64,000 nt of DNA from Octopus sinensis. Lineage: Eukaryota. Of this stretch, positions 38,737 to 54,523 are shown in pieces; the stretch's first letter is position 1; each line of letters starts with the position of its first letter. The stretch lies in NCBI RefSeq assembly GCF_006345805.1, contig NC_043015.1, positions 43,710,001 through 43,774,000 on the forward strand, given 5' to 3'. The notes beneath the pieces are model-generated. The model made no database searches. It had not been told where the DNA came from and saw only the letters and a program-made list of their open reading frames with translations. The position numbers and the translations under genes were made by a program.

Positions 38737-38807
38737 CAATATATATGTATATATATGTGTACATATATATGTATATATACATATGTTTGTAAATAAATAT
38801 GTATGAA

Positions 38808-38858
<51 letters not shown>

Positions 38859-38922
38859 ATCTATATATATATATATGTGTACATATATATGTATATATAT
38901 ATATATTCATTTATATATATAA

Positions 38923-38972
<50 letters not shown>

Positions 38973-39522
38973 TATTTATATATATATATATTATATAATA
39001 TATATATATATATGTGTACATATATATGTATATATATATATATATAAATATATTTATATATATATAAAGGTGTCGAAAGTGGAGCAATTAATTTGTGGAG
39101 GAGACATTTTCCCCGTTTAACGATAATAGTGTTTTTTCTCTTATCTTTTAGTTCTTTAAGAGTAAAATATTCATTCGCACCTCTGTTACTTTATTTATGA
39201 CATAATTCCATTGAAATAAATACTGGCAAATTTACAGGCTACAGTGGATGCTCATTATTTTCTTCTACTTTCGTATATGCGGTTGTATCATATAACTATT
39301 TGACCCTTTTCGATTAGGATGTTTTTCCTTTTACTTTCAGTTTATAAGTTTCACTTCTGCCGAAGCTTCTTTCGTTTGTCGTGATAATTGGTATTATTCA
39401 CTCGGGTATGATGGCGTTCGTTATGAATGTATATAAAAGACGTATGAAATATAGAACAAGTCTAGTGAAAATAAATCGTAAGTGTGTTTCAAAATAAGGG
39501 TATCAATAATTTTTAATTGATA

Positions 39523-39679
39523 TAGGCGCAGGAGTGGCTGTGTGGTAAGTTGCTTGCTTACGAGTCACATGGTTCCGGGTTCAGTGGCACCTTGGGCAAG
39601 CGTCTTCTACTATAGCCTCGGGCCGACCAAAGCCTTGTGAGTGGATTTGGTAGACGGAAACTGAAAGAAGCCCGACGTA

Positions 39680-39730
<51 letters not shown>

Positions 39731-39942
39731 TTGTGTGTCTGTGTTTGTCCCCCTAGCATTGCTTGACAACCGATGCTGGTGTGTTTATGTCCTCGTTACT
39801 TAGCGGTTCAGCAAAAGAGACCGATAGAATAAGTACTGGGCTTACAAAAAATAATAAGTCCCTGGATCGAGTTGCTCGACTAAAGGCGGTGCTCCAGCAT
39901 GGCCACAGTCAAATGACTGAAACAAGTAAAAGAGTAAAGAGT
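39523..39942 (+). mobile_element. Family B SINE
   Basis: Full-length match to 12147-12547. Confidence 0.88.
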
Positions 39943-40454
39943 ATAGTAGATGATATCAATGCTCACACATATATGAGGTAATTTGTCCGAAATGTCGAAG
40001 CCACTATTAGCAATATTCATGCTAAAACAATAAATACGTACGATACGAAATGTATTGCGTAATCTGTCAGTGTAATGTAACATTTGTTTGATTATAAGTG
40101 GATATTAAATGAGACATCAGTATACTCTCTCTCTCTCTCTCTCACACACACATACAGGAAAGCATAAATGTCACACAGGGTTCTTAATTTAATTACATTC
40201 AATACCTGCTTCACTAAAATAATACATCATGAAGCGTATTAATACCTAATAGTGATACATAAAGAATTAAAATGAACTCTATGTAAGTGAAATTAATTTA
40301 ATAATATTATTTACTCATGTCGTCAAGACTGTTATTTTATGAATTTAGCTTTTAGCGTGGATTTATTCTATGACGTCCAAACATCAATTTTCTTTAGCGC
40401 TTCACACACGCACTTACACACACACACACACATACACACACACACACACACATA

Positions 40455-40670
40455 TACTACTAAAGGAACAAGGCCTGAAATTTGGGGGAAGGGGGACTTG
40501 TCAATTACTTCGACCCCAGTATTTCACTGGTAATTAATTTATCGACCCCGGAATGATAAAAGATAGAAGTCGATCTTGGCAGAATTTGAACCCAGAACGT
40601 GCAGACGGGCGAAATACCGCTAAGCATTTCACACGACGTGCTAACCTTTCTGTCATCTCACCGTCTTAAT
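40455..40670 (-). mobile_element. Family A variant SINE (degenerate)
   Basis: Reverse complement matches the family A core with the alternative tail. Confidence 0.7.
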
Positions 40671-40823
40671 ATATTAAATAATAACAGCATCACTTATGAC
40701 CTTCTGTCAGTAATCTCTTATACATGTATGGTATGGTATATATGTTCTATATTTATAAGCATAACCTCACCAGATATACATCCAGATTAGCACAAACATA
40801 TAGAACGCTGGTATACATTTATA

Positions 40824-41055
40824 AGGCGGCGAGCTGGCAGAATCGTTAGCACGCCGAACGAAATGCTTAGCGGTATTTCGTCTGCCGCTACGTTCTGAGT
40901 TCAAATTCCGCCAAGGTCGACTTTGCCTTTCATCCTTTCGGGGGTCGATTAAATAAGTATCAGTTACGCACTGGGGTCCACTTAATCGACTTAATCCGTT
41001 TGTCTGTCCTTGATTGTCTCCTCTGTGTTTAGCCTCTAGTGGGTAGTAAAGAAAT
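40824..41055 (+). mobile_element. Family A SINE
   Basis: Full length; flanked by the 15-bp direct repeat TGGTATACATTTATA at 40809-40823 and 41056-41070. Confidence 0.92.
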
Positions 41056-41070
41056 TGGTATACATTTATA

Positions 41071-41303
41071 TTTTTCTTTACTACCCACAAGGGGCTAAAC
41101 ACAGAGGGGATGAACAAGGACAGACAAACGGATTAAATCGATTACATCGACCCCAGTGCGTAACTGGTACTTAATTTATCGACCCCGAAAGGATGAAAGG
41201 CAAAGTCGACCTCGGCGGAATTTGAACTCAGAACGTAACGGCAGACGAAATACGGCCACGCATTTCGCCCGGCGTGCTAACGGTTCTGCCAACTCGCCGC
41301 CTT
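41071..41303 (-). mobile_element. Family A SINE, inverted
   Basis: Full length; flanked by the same 15-mer at 41056-41070 and 41304-41318. Confidence 0.92.
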
Positions 41304-41384
41304 TGGTATACATTTATAAGTAGGGAAATTTGAAAGATGTGCTAAAGTTATTTTGTGTTAATTACATTTCATTTCTATTTGCAG

Positions 41385-41924
41385 GTTGTTCAAATGTTGG
41401 TAACGGTTGTACTTCTGTTCGCGATTTGCTGGGGCCCGATTTTGATCCAGAATGTTTTGACAGCCTTTGATGTTATCGATTCTTTACATATTGGTTGGTT
41501 GAAACCAATGAGACAAGCATTTTTCATCATGTCGTATCTAAACAGTTGTGTGAACCCTGTTGTGTATGCGTTCATGTCGAAAAACTTCCGGGAAATGTTT
41601 AAACTGGCAATTTGCTCCTGCATACGAGGCAGCAAATATGTCCGTCATTATAAATATAACCGTGCTGTCTCATTCGACACGCGTACGAGTGCTTTTAGCC
41701 AAACTCGAAGCGTTACAATGGATATCAAAACCGATGATGACGTAGAATATAACGAAAATCGTCTGAATGTTATAAATAGGGGCTACAATTCCTCACCGAG
41801 AGGGAGCCGAGATGAAATGATGGAAATGCGACAAGGCATGCTGGCCAGTCCTGTAGCATCACCGAAGTTCCAAGATCAGAACAGTAATGCCGATACTAAA
41901 CTTTCAGAGACATGTCAGCTGTAA
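41385..41924 (+). CDS. Same GPCR, terminal exon (TM6, TM7, helix 8, C-tail); CCK/QRFP/orexin-like neuropeptide receptor, ligand not assignable
   Basis: Acceptor TTTGCAG| at 41384; VVQMLVTVVLLFAICWGP (CWxP), YLNSCVNPVVYAFMSKNFR (NPxxY plus helix 8), Cys pair and Ser/Thr-rich tail; stop TAA at 41922-41924. Confidence 0.95.
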   Translation, partial: VVQMLVTVVLLFAICWGPILIQNVLTAFDVIDSLHIGWLKPMRQAFFIMSYLNSCVNPVVYAFMSKNFREMFKLAICSCIRGSKYVRHYKYNRAVSFDTRTSAFSQTRSVTMDIKTDDDVEYNENRLNVINRGYNSSPRGSRDEMMEMRQGMLASPVASPKFQDQNSNADTKLSETCQL

Positions 41925-42895
41925 AAAAGAGAGAAAAACACACAACCGAAAGTAAACGATTCCTGGTTTTATACAGAGAGAATACAACAATAATTTCTTT
42001 GTCACTAAACAATGATTCAGTTGTATTCGTCTATCACACCGTTTCGAGAATTGCCATCACCTATATTCTGTTTAACCACCGCCGTATCAGTTGGTATTCG
42101 GTTTCATTATCAGTCATGAAAAATTGCCAAGGCAAGACGGATGAATAGTCATCTAAGCCATCGGACATGGTTGTGCAATTGAGCTCACGAAACTGAATAA
42201 TTTGTGAGGTTAACACATCAACTACTATCAAATATTCGGTTGCGTGCATTTTGTTTGTGTCTCTAGTGTACATTAAGAGAGGAGACACATGGAACATACC
42301 AAATGAAGCGCTGTGCGGAGAAAAGCAAAATGGAACAGCAAGACTACTAAAAGTAAAATCAACAATAATATAGCAAAAATATGATTTGTACGGTGTAACG
42401 TTGCAGGGTGTTTTTTTATAAAATTTTTGAATCAGTGAAAACAAAGATATATTTCCGGCAACGGCTTTTAAGGAATATCGTTCCTCGAGATATGCATGTC
42501 AAACTTCTACTTCGGCGCTTGGAAATGATTTGGAAACTAAAGAAATAAAATAACAATAATCAATAAAAAAAGCGTTTTTTTTTCTCATAGCAGAGATAAT
42601 TGTCAAGTCAAGTGGGAAGAATATCCATGTTGTTCTAAATGGGAATAATACGAACACCATACTATGAATATGTATGGAAATACCAAAGGAAAAAAAAAGC
42701 GCAAAATAGAAACAAAAAATAAATTAATCAAATATAAAAATCAAAGCAGATTCCAAAAAGTATATATATTTATATAATGGCAGCATGTAACAAGACGAAA
42801 AAGGAGAGCAGATGCAAGAAGGAAACATTATTGAAGTTGATATAAGTTCAATAATATTAAATTTTGTTTTATCAGAACATATTTTATTTTATAAA

Positions 42896-42946
<51 letters not shown>

Positions 42947-42949
<3 letters not shown>

Positions 42950-43273
42950 CAATGTACAAATTATATATAGCTATATACACATAATCACAGACATACACAC
43001 AATTTATGCATAATATATATACAGGTATATATGCATTGCTGATATATATATATTATAAACATATATATATATGTGTATGTGTGTGTGAGTGTAAATACAT
43101 CTATATATGTAACACGTATATGCGTGTATATATATATAAAATATATATATATATATATGCGCTCAAATAAAGTATATCCTTATTAAACAAAAATTAGTAT
43201 TGGTGTATATATATATATATATATATACACCAATACTTAATTTTGTTAATAAGGATATACTTTATTTGAGCGC

Positions 43274-43337
<64 letters not shown>

Positions 43338-43529
43338 TATATATATTATACACGCATATACGTGTACATATATAGATGTATTTACACTCACACATACATA
43401 TACATATATATATGTTTATAATATATATATATCAGCAAATGCATATATACCTGTATATATATTATGCATAAAATTGTGTGTATGTCTGTGATTATGTGTA
43501 TATAGCTATATATAATTTGTACATTGTAT
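42947..43529. repeat. Large palindrome (~260-300-bp arms) centred on (TA)n
   Basis: 42947-43206 is the reverse complement of 43228-43529 apart from small indels and TA-tract length. Confidence 0.92.
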
Positions 43530-43750
43530 TCACACGTATATATTTCGGTTTCATGTAGATTTTTCAAGGGGAGATTTGTAATTCTTTGGTAGTTAGATAT
43601 ATATATCTACATATCTGTTGATGAAAGTGTATGCCTGTATATATATATATATATATACATACACACACACACACACACATATAATATATATATATATATA
43701 GAACACACATTATACACATACATAATACATACATACATACATACATATGT

Positions 43751-43802
<52 letters not shown>

Positions 43803-43995
43803 ATATATATATATATATATGTATATATACCCGTTGAAATAGTTTCAATGTAAATAATACTTTACAGTTTGACTTTATTTTTATCTAAAAAAGAGCAAGC
43901 ACATATATGCTATGTTTAAATGATATAGCTGATATTTTTAACATTGGCTTTCCCGGCTTAAACGTGGAGAGCTGCCTCTCTGTGTCTCTCTCTCG

Positions 43996-44075
<80 letters not shown>

Positions 44076-44216
44076 GTATTATATATATATACATACATAC
44101 ATACACACAAGTACACACCAACACATATGCATATGAGGCTATGAGTAGATATATATATGATATATACATGTGTATATTTGTATATGCGTTCATATGTACA
44201 TAAATATATAATTGGG

Positions 44217-44295
<79 letters not shown>

Positions 44296-45134
44296 ATACA
44301 TAAAAATATATGTGAATACATATGCATTTATGTATATGAACATTTAATCACATATGTACCATTATATGTATGTGTTTGTATACATATAAATATGTGTGAG
44401 TGTATGTGTGTGTGTTTATATATATATATATGTGTGTGTATACGTACACATGTATTTGAGCCAGTATGTACATTACTCCTCAGTTGAGTTATGGTGGAAT
44501 ATTTATAAGCACATTTATTAATCCAAGAATCGAAGAATTTGGAAATATTTTGTACAACAAATCTTACAAAATCAAGCTTGAAATTAATTTGAATAAAAAA
44601 AAACAAGGATAAAAATAAATAACGAAGCAAAAATAATTTGAAACTGTACATTTATTTTCTATAAAATACAAAAAATTTAAAAAATAAGAAGAAATATTAA
44701 AATATTGAAACTGTAAAAAGAAAAAAAAATAGCAAAATTTCATAAATATAAAGATATTAAAAAAAAACTGATAAAAAAATGCCTAAATATTTTTTCCGTT
44801 AAAAAATGAACATCTTGTTTTAGTAGGTTTTAAAACTGGTTTTTAGGACAGAAAATTATCTGGAACACTCAATCTCACTTCGAAAGGTTTTTTTGAGACG
44901 CACGCTGTCACATATTTTACCTTTTTGTATATGGTAATGTGTATATATTTTATCTATATAAATACATACACGTACATTATATGCATATGTATTATATATA
45001 TATATATTATATATATATATATATTATATATATATATTAATATATATAATATATTATATATAATATATATCATATATATATATCATATATATATCATATA
45101 TATATATCATATATATATATTGTCATATATATAT

Positions 45135-45181
<47 letters not shown>

Positions 45182-45871
45182 ATATGATATATATGTTTTT
45201 ATACTTCATACTTCATATATATATACGTATATATATATATATATACATAATTTTATAAATGATTGTATACATATATACATATAAAGAAATTAAATCTTAA
45301 TTTATAAAAATTTTATAGGCATATATAAATACATTTATTAATGAGCTGCAAGTACGCGGTATTTCGTTTTGCAGCCATAATATACAAAAAAAATATATAT
45401 TAAACGTTTCTACTGCGTTAGCAGTGCTCTTTTACATTACTTTGTTACAGATATCTGTTCAGATATTCTATACAAATTATGGTCCGGTGACTATATATTT
45501 TATAGAGATAACTTTAACACAGTAATATAATTACATTTATATATGTATACCAATATTTTCATTTGTTTGTGTATATGTATTAGTTAGACACATATGTATA
45601 TATATAGTAATATATGTATATATATTTCTATATAAAAAGATGAATGTTAGAAAATGGGATTCGCAAGACTCTTTACGCAGAGCCGCTACAATCGTTTCGT
45701 CTCAACATGCGCCTGTACATTACAGGTGAGATGCTGTACACTCAATTGTCATACATTACAGGTGCAGATAGTCTCCTCAGGTGACTATATGTGTGTGTTA
45801 GTATGTATACGTATGTGTGTGTAGATAAAAACATATAGATGTATATGTGGTACATATACATCCATACAATA

Positions 45872-45908
<37 letters not shown>

Positions 45909-45934
45909 TATATATATATACACACACACACAAT

Positions 45935-46009
<75 letters not shown>

Positions 46010-46669
46010 GTCAACTTGACGAAAATGTAAAGGTCCAATAAATCCGCTATTGCTGTTTTTTTCTATACTTATCTCATGTATATTTTATATTTTTTACTAA
46101 CTCTGTCTTATTATTGATGTATTCCATTTTAGTTTATTTTATTTCACTTTTTATCCTTTGGTCTTGTATACTTTATTACATATTTTTTATGGTCTTATTG
46201 CTTATATGAGAAAAAGAATTTCATTCTATCTCAGTTCATTATGTAAACAGTTAAAACGTTCCAGTAAATAACATGTATTGTTATGGATGTAAGTAGAACG
46301 AAAATAAAATTACACAGTACTTTTTTGAAAAGTCAACTTCAAGATAGATGGAATAGATCTGCACCGAGAATACATGCTAATTGATTTTACAACATCTCAC
46401 CTGTAATGCATGATGTGTCGAAACGATCGTAGTAGTAGATGTTTTAAATAAAGAAACTCGTGAATTCTATTTTCTCTCTCTCATCATTTTATATAAAATC
46501 TACAGACACAAAGAAAACTCCTGAAGTAAATCCAGTGGCATTAACTTCCAGACTGTTGTTGACATCAGGCAGCCGAATACTGCAGACAGGATTTATGCAG
46601 CATATTATAAAGTGTCTACCGAATATAAAATTATTACATATTCCTATATATTATAGGAATTTGTATATA

Positions 46670-46715
<46 letters not shown>

Positions 46716-47181
46716 AAAATATATATATATATATAATATATATCATGCACACACATATCTATATATATGCATGAATATATGCATATGTGTACGTTGATTA
46801 AGAGACAGTACTGTGTCTACATATTGTTGTGAACTAAATACAGGTTTCCCAAATGTACCGAAGAGAATAGCCAACTTGTTTTCTTGCAGTACGAATTTTT
46901 CATAAATATTATTTTTTTTTTTCAATCTTGAATATGTAGTAAAATTTCTACACTTGTCTTCACTGAACTCCCTTTCATTTCGGTTTTGCAATTACGAAGA
47001 ATATCATATATTTTGGTTTGATTTTTCTGCAATGCCTAATATGGTCACATTTTTTTTCAGTGAAATTATATTTTGGAATAGGTGTAAGTGTAATTAATTA
47101 AAGCACCTGTCTCGTCCGGACACTAACACATACATAAACATTCACGAATATGTGTGGTGTGTGTGTGTACGTATATATATA

Positions 47182-47226
<45 letters not shown>

Positions 47227-47472
47227 TAATATCTATATATATATATTAATATATATATATACATACTACATTACATACATATATACACATACAATATATA
47301 AATATGTAGATATGTAGTTACGATTCATATGTGAATATATGTAGTATGTACGTGACATAATGTATTATATATATAAAATCCTATATTGTTATATATATAT
47401 ATATATATATCTATATATATTATATATATATGTATACTCTAAATTTATATATATATATACATATATATTATA

Positions 47473-47516
<44 letters not shown>

Positions 47517-47642
47517 AGTATATATATGGTTATTATGTACAAATATCTACTTATATACATACGTGTATATAATATAATATTTGGAGATGGTCATATTTTG
47601 CCAATTAGAGACACGCACTGTGTATTTGATCTTCACTTTAGG

Positions 47643-47717
<75 letters not shown>

Positions 47718-47947
47718 GTTATTAGTTTATTTATTAGAGTTCTTTCGTCACATATTTTGCGGCCTCTTCAGCCATTTTCCATCTCTCGTCTCTCTCTTGT
47801 ACTGTATTTTCCATTTTGTCTATTTGTGGTAAGTATCCCTATCTGCGCATGCGTTTATCCCTGTGTCGGTGCGTGTTTGTGTACATGTTTACCATATGTA
47901 TAGCTGTCTTGCAGGCGAGTATAAGGATGCGTATATAGATAGACACA

Positions 47948-47980
<33 letters not shown>

Positions 47981-48019
47981 CGTATTGGATCACTGAATCA
48001 ATCACGGTTTTTTTTCACT

Positions 48020-48150
48020 CTCCCTTTATTTAATCTTATTCCTTTCTGATGAAGAGCGTAGGCTCGAAACGTAAAACTCTTTTCCATTTTTCCCAAGCGT
48101 CAGACCAATACATTTGCTTGTTGCTCCTACAACTGTCATACATATATGCA
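48020..48150 (+). mobile_element. Short HHR-bearing dispersed repeat, copy 4 (canonical CUGAUGA)
   Basis: 48043-48076: TTT CTGATGA A GAGC GTAG GCTC GAAA CG TA AAA. Confidence 0.78.
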
Positions 48151-48329
48151 AACATACACACACACAAACACATACACACACACACAAACACAGACACACA
48201 CACACACATACACACACACACACAACACACACATATATATATATATATATACAGACAGATAGAGAGAGTATTGGTCGCGAACAGAAGCAAACCGTCAAGA
48301 CATGATAGAGAATTGGTTTTGTATTATTT

Positions 48330-48585
48330 TAAAACTTCGCGGGTTCGAATCTGAGACTGGGTTATGTGTGTGTTTATGAGCGAAACACCTAAGCTGAACG
48401 CGGATCCGGCAGAAGGTAATGGCGAACTTCTGCTGACTCTTTCACCACAACGTTCTCTCACTCTTTCCTCCTGCATCTTGCAGCTCAACTGCGACGGACC
48501 GGCTTCCCGTCCAGGTGGAGAAATCATACGCCAAAGAAACCGGGAAACCGGCCGTATGAGAAAGGCGTGGCTCGAGAAGGAAGAA
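48330..48585 (+). mobile_element. SINE with family C 5' body and a different 3' tail
   Basis: gttcgaatct B-box; gagcgaaacacctaagct...ctctttcaccacaac shared with 56444-56790; distinct gaaaccgggaaaccggcc...ggctcgagaagg tail. Confidence 0.7.
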
Positions 48586-48758
48586 ACTATATATATATAG
48601 AGAGAGACTTACTCATAGATATATATATAGTTGCCAATTCTGTACAAGACATTGTAGATCTTTAGCTGGGCTAAAAAGTCACATTCGATCACAGCTCCAA
48701 TAACAGTTAAGCTTCGTGCAATGGACGTACTCGATAACGAGGGGGCAGCCATTATATC

Positions 48759-49170
48759 TCTCTTTTACTCTTTTACTTGTTTCAGTCATTTGACTGCGGC
48801 CATGCTGGAGCACCGTCTTTAATCGAGCAACTCGACCCCGGGACTTATTCTTTGTAAGCCCAGTACTTATTCTATCGGTCTCTTTTTGCCGAACCGCTAA
48901 GTGACGGGGTCATAAACGCACCAGCATCGGTTGTCAAGCAATGCTAGGGAGATAAACACAGACACACAAACACACACACATACATATATATATATACATA
49001 TATACGACGGGATTCTTTCAGTTTCCGTCTACCAAATCCACTCACAAGGCTTTTTGTCGGCCCGGGGCTATAGTAGAATACACTTGCCCAAGGTGCCACG
49101 CAGTGGGACTGAACACAAACCATGTGGTTGGTAAACAAGCTACTGACCACACAGCCAACTCCTGCGCCTA
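48759..49170 (-). mobile_element. Family B SINE
   Basis: Full-length reverse-complement match. Confidence 0.88.
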
Positions 49171-50095
49171 TATATGTATATATGTATATATATATATATA
49201 TATCAATTAATCAATTTAGGGTAGCAAAAAATTCAGTAAAAATTTATCGCTACCAGCGGCCCAGTGGAAAAGAGAAAATAGTCAAAGACTATTATAAATA
49301 TAACAATTTAGGAATGGCCTAAACAGGCCATTCGTCCACCAGAAAGAGCAGCCAGAACTCCAACCGCCAAGTAGTGTAATTCGGAAATAAGGTGAAAATT
49401 TAAAAACATTTACCCTAATTCATCTTTTATACGATGCATCGTTTCAGTGTCTTTAATGATAGACCAGCTTAATTAAATTAAATTAAGCTAGTCTACCATA
49501 GGTCACACTTCATCAGTAAATGTGTGTGTGTGTGTGTGTGTACTTTTCTTGATGGTCTTCAACCGACAGCAAACAAGAACCCTCTCAATACAATACCACA
49601 TATCGCCTAAAAGAAGCATATATCCCGATTGCGGATGACATACAAAATTGCATTGAAAGACCGGCTTCCATTCGCTATAAGATCAATGTGTCCACTACAT
49701 AAATAGATACATTTTTGCATTTAGTATTCTATTGATTTATTTATTCAAGTGATCTCTCTTCCGTTTTCTTCTCGGTAGCAGTATTATATATTTATACTTA
49801 CATTGCACATTTACATGCACACAATATATACATATATATATACATAGATATGTATATATATGTTTTGAAAATAATCACTCTCGCTCTCTGTATATATACT
49901 TGTATGTGCATGAGTACGTGCGTGTGTGTATGTGTGTGCGTGTAATTGGATAAATTTGAGCCTATCAAATTTACGCACGCACAATCACACGCACAGACAA
50001 TGTGACTGAGACACATACGATTGAGTCGTGAAAAACCACGTATTTTGAAGTGCATATACTTTGAAATGTGCACAAAATCCATATGCCGGAGTATA

Positions 50096-50158
<63 letters not shown>

Positions 50159-51364
50159 TATAGATTGATAGATATGTAGATAGATAGATATGTTTCTTTA
50201 TTAGACACACAGGGATGAACACAGAGGGGAGAAATTACAAAGTAGAGCTTTTCTTTTGGGGGAGAAAAAATAAAAAGGGGGTTAGGTTTTCGATCAAAAA
50301 GGATCGTAAAAAAAGAGAGAGAAAAAAACGATGAATAGGGATCATGTATCACAGAAATGTCATGATGTAAAGTGTAAAGGGGAAAGCATATAAGGTTTAC
50401 CCTTGGAAAGAAAAGTCTACGGAAAAGACCACGGTAACCTCGGTCGATCATGTCACATGTTAACACATTTATTTGTAAGTAACTAACTCTCGGTTTTAAA
50501 TTTTCCGCGTTCATAGGATTATGCTCAAGGTGGCCTCGTCATAGAGACATAGATAGATGGATAGACGGATACTTGCATATATGCATACACAGTGTATCTA
50601 AAACAAACACTCATTCTAGACAAATCCTAGCACGTATATATTCAAACATTCAAATAAAATTTTCTGAGAATTTTCACAGAAGAAACGAAAAAATTAAGAT
50701 TCTTAAAACTATCAATTAGCAGAAAATTTCTTTTCCTTTTAAAATTAAGGGTAGATCATTTTTTGTTTGTTTTACATTTTGACGAATAAACAATCGAATT
50801 TTGGTATCATCCATGTGCATACGTAGAATCTTGTGCGTATGTGTGTGTGTGTGTGTGTGTGTATGTGTGTGATTGAGTGCTCCGTTTCAGCGTTCATTGA
50901 ATAATGATAGCATTAATAAATCAATAGAAAACGACACAAAAATACATTCTAAATATACATGTGCATAGGCGAACTTCTATATGTATTTGTGAATGTATAT
51001 AAATATTTAGCTGTACAGATACAGAGATATATACATATACATATATATATATATATATATATAGATTATATATAGATAATATCTATATGACATACACACA
51101 CACACACATATATCTATATATATTATATATATATATTATATATATATAGATATATATATACATACACACACACTATACATATATATATTATATATATATA
51201 TATATACATATGTATGCATGTATGTATATGATAAGTGTGTCTGTGTTTTTGTGTACATGTGTGTACGTCTGGTATTTTTTTTTTTATCAATCGTACATTT
51301 TAGTATGAAGACTTATCTGTCTTCCAAATTGAATTAATTACCCGCTCATATCAACAGTTCTATA

Positions 51365-51408
<44 letters not shown>

Positions 51409-51782
51409 AACACACACACACACATACAAACACACACACAAACACACACAAACACATAAAAAGAACATTCATTTGCATAAGAAAAACTATCCCATACAGA
51501 AACCAATCCACCCATCAATACATATGCAACCATATATATATACATACATATATACACTTATACACATACACACATATATGTATATATTCATGCATGTATA
51601 TTCATCTAAATATACATGTGTATAATACACATATAATACACTATATATAGACGATGCGGATGTTTAATATGCTATATACATATACATTTACGTATAAGAA
51701 ACAGACTCACATAGATATACACCTGAGTTCTTTTTTCGCAATGCATGCATACGTGCGTGTCTCCGTATATATATATATATAC

Positions 51783-51829
<47 letters not shown>

Positions 51830-52415
51830 CATTTATATATACATATATATGCATATATTATATATATATATATATAATATATATATATATATAATATATT
51901 ATATACATATATATATATTATATATATTATATATATATATATATATATACAAATATATACATATACACATATATATCGTTGTGTTGTGTTTGTTTCCATT
52001 ACCTTATCGTTACAAGACTCTCTCTCTCTATGAACCTTCACAAACATTCCACTATACATCATATCAATTATCGATTAACCTTTCTATGTGGACATCAATT
52101 TTTTTATTTCTTCTTTCTTTGATTCCCTGCTATATCCACCTTTCACAATACACTCCCCCCCCATTCCTTCACTTTTGCGTCTACGGCCATAGAAAATTAA
52201 TGGCCGAATTTGATTTCAATGCATCTCCTTTCCTTCTTTCCATCGTGTTATCTCACTCTCTTTGTTTCGCTTCATCATTTTATTTCCCCCTCTTTCACCT
52301 TTACTTCTAGTCAACGTTCCTATTTCCGTCTCTAATATATTCATTAATATATATATATATATACACACACACACATATATATATATATACATACATATAT
52401 ATATATATATATATC

Positions 52416-52555
<140 letters not shown>

Positions 52556-52632
52556 TATATATACATATATATATTATATATATACAAATTAGTAAATAAA
52601 TGGCACAACTAAGTACCGATATATATATATAT

Positions 52633-52700
<68 letters not shown>

Positions 52701-53008
52701 ATATATGTCTATTACACTGGTGCTCTTCTTTGTCATAGATTTTTCTTTTACTCCAATATTATTTAGGTTACTCTCTATCATCAATCATATACATATTTAT
52801 AAGCAAACAAAATACTGAAGTCATATATACGCTGCTGTCCTCAGAATTGTTCTTCTAATTGTGTCCTCCACCGTGAGAGCCAGCAGTAAGTGAATAATAT
52901 GGAGGTGTTAATTTACAGTAAATTGAAGAAGGTCGACCCTCGTTGCAAACCATCAAATACGATCGCCTGGGTTATTTTTCCCGCAAGCTGAGTAAATAAG
53001 TTCTTATC

Positions 53009-53373
<365 letters not shown>

Positions 53374-53452
53374 ATGACTGTGTGTTCCCTATCTCTCTCT
53401 GTCTCTCTGTCTCTCTGTCTCTTTCCCTCTCTCTCTCTTTCTCTATCTATCC

Positions 53453-53578
<126 letters not shown>

Positions 53579-53579
53579 A

Positions 53580-53612
<33 letters not shown>

Positions 53613-54193
53613 GTCTATTTGTCTCTGTGTCTGGATGCGTACCTCTCTGTCTATCTTTCTATCTTTACTTACCTGTTTCCCTATCTAATTACCAACTCCT
53701 CATTCCCTCAAACAATCTCTCCCTAGTCCTACATTACGCAATAAACCTGCCGATCTGTCACATATTACTTAGCTTCCTTCAATATCCCTCAATACAACAA
53801 AGAAATAAGAATATGAAACAACATTACACAATATAACACCAGCTGTGGTGTTAAACCTAAATATGTCGATAGCTTTACAAAGACACATTTTATATTTTAA
53901 CCGAAATATATCCTTGCCACAGTTTGTTTTTCCCTCACTAATTAATTAGAATCCTAGATCATTAACGAAGACTTAAACACTATAATCAAAGGCTTTTTCA
54001 GCTTCCTTGTTCCTTTCTTTAATTTTTTTGAAATTTATTTTGCTCTCACTTTTTCTTTCTTTCTTTCTTTTCTATACCTTCTGTTCTTTCTTCCCGCTTA
54101 CCTTCGTCGTCTTCGCCGCCATCGACATCCCATTTGTTTTTCTTTTCCCAACTTTCATACCTATTCATAAGTATATGCACTACAGGTATGCAT

Positions 54194-54225
<32 letters not shown>

Positions 54226-54403
54226 TGTATGTATGTATGTATGTATGTATGTATGTATGTATGTATGAATGTATGTATGTATGTATGTATTACATAAATA
54301 TAATTAATGGTTAAGCAACAAGTTGCTTCACCACATACCGAAAATTTAGAAATAGCTGCCAAAGACAGCTCATATATGTATATATATATATATAATATAT
54401 ATA

Positions 54404-54443
<40 letters not shown>

Positions 54444-54471
54444 GTTTGTATATATACATATACATATATAG

Positions 54472-54523
<52 letters not shown>

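Noticed and set aside
45400-45440. Minus-strand ACTGC-TAAC-GCAGT followed by GAAACGTT
   Set aside because: There is no recognisable 5' core, so it is at most a decayed remnant.
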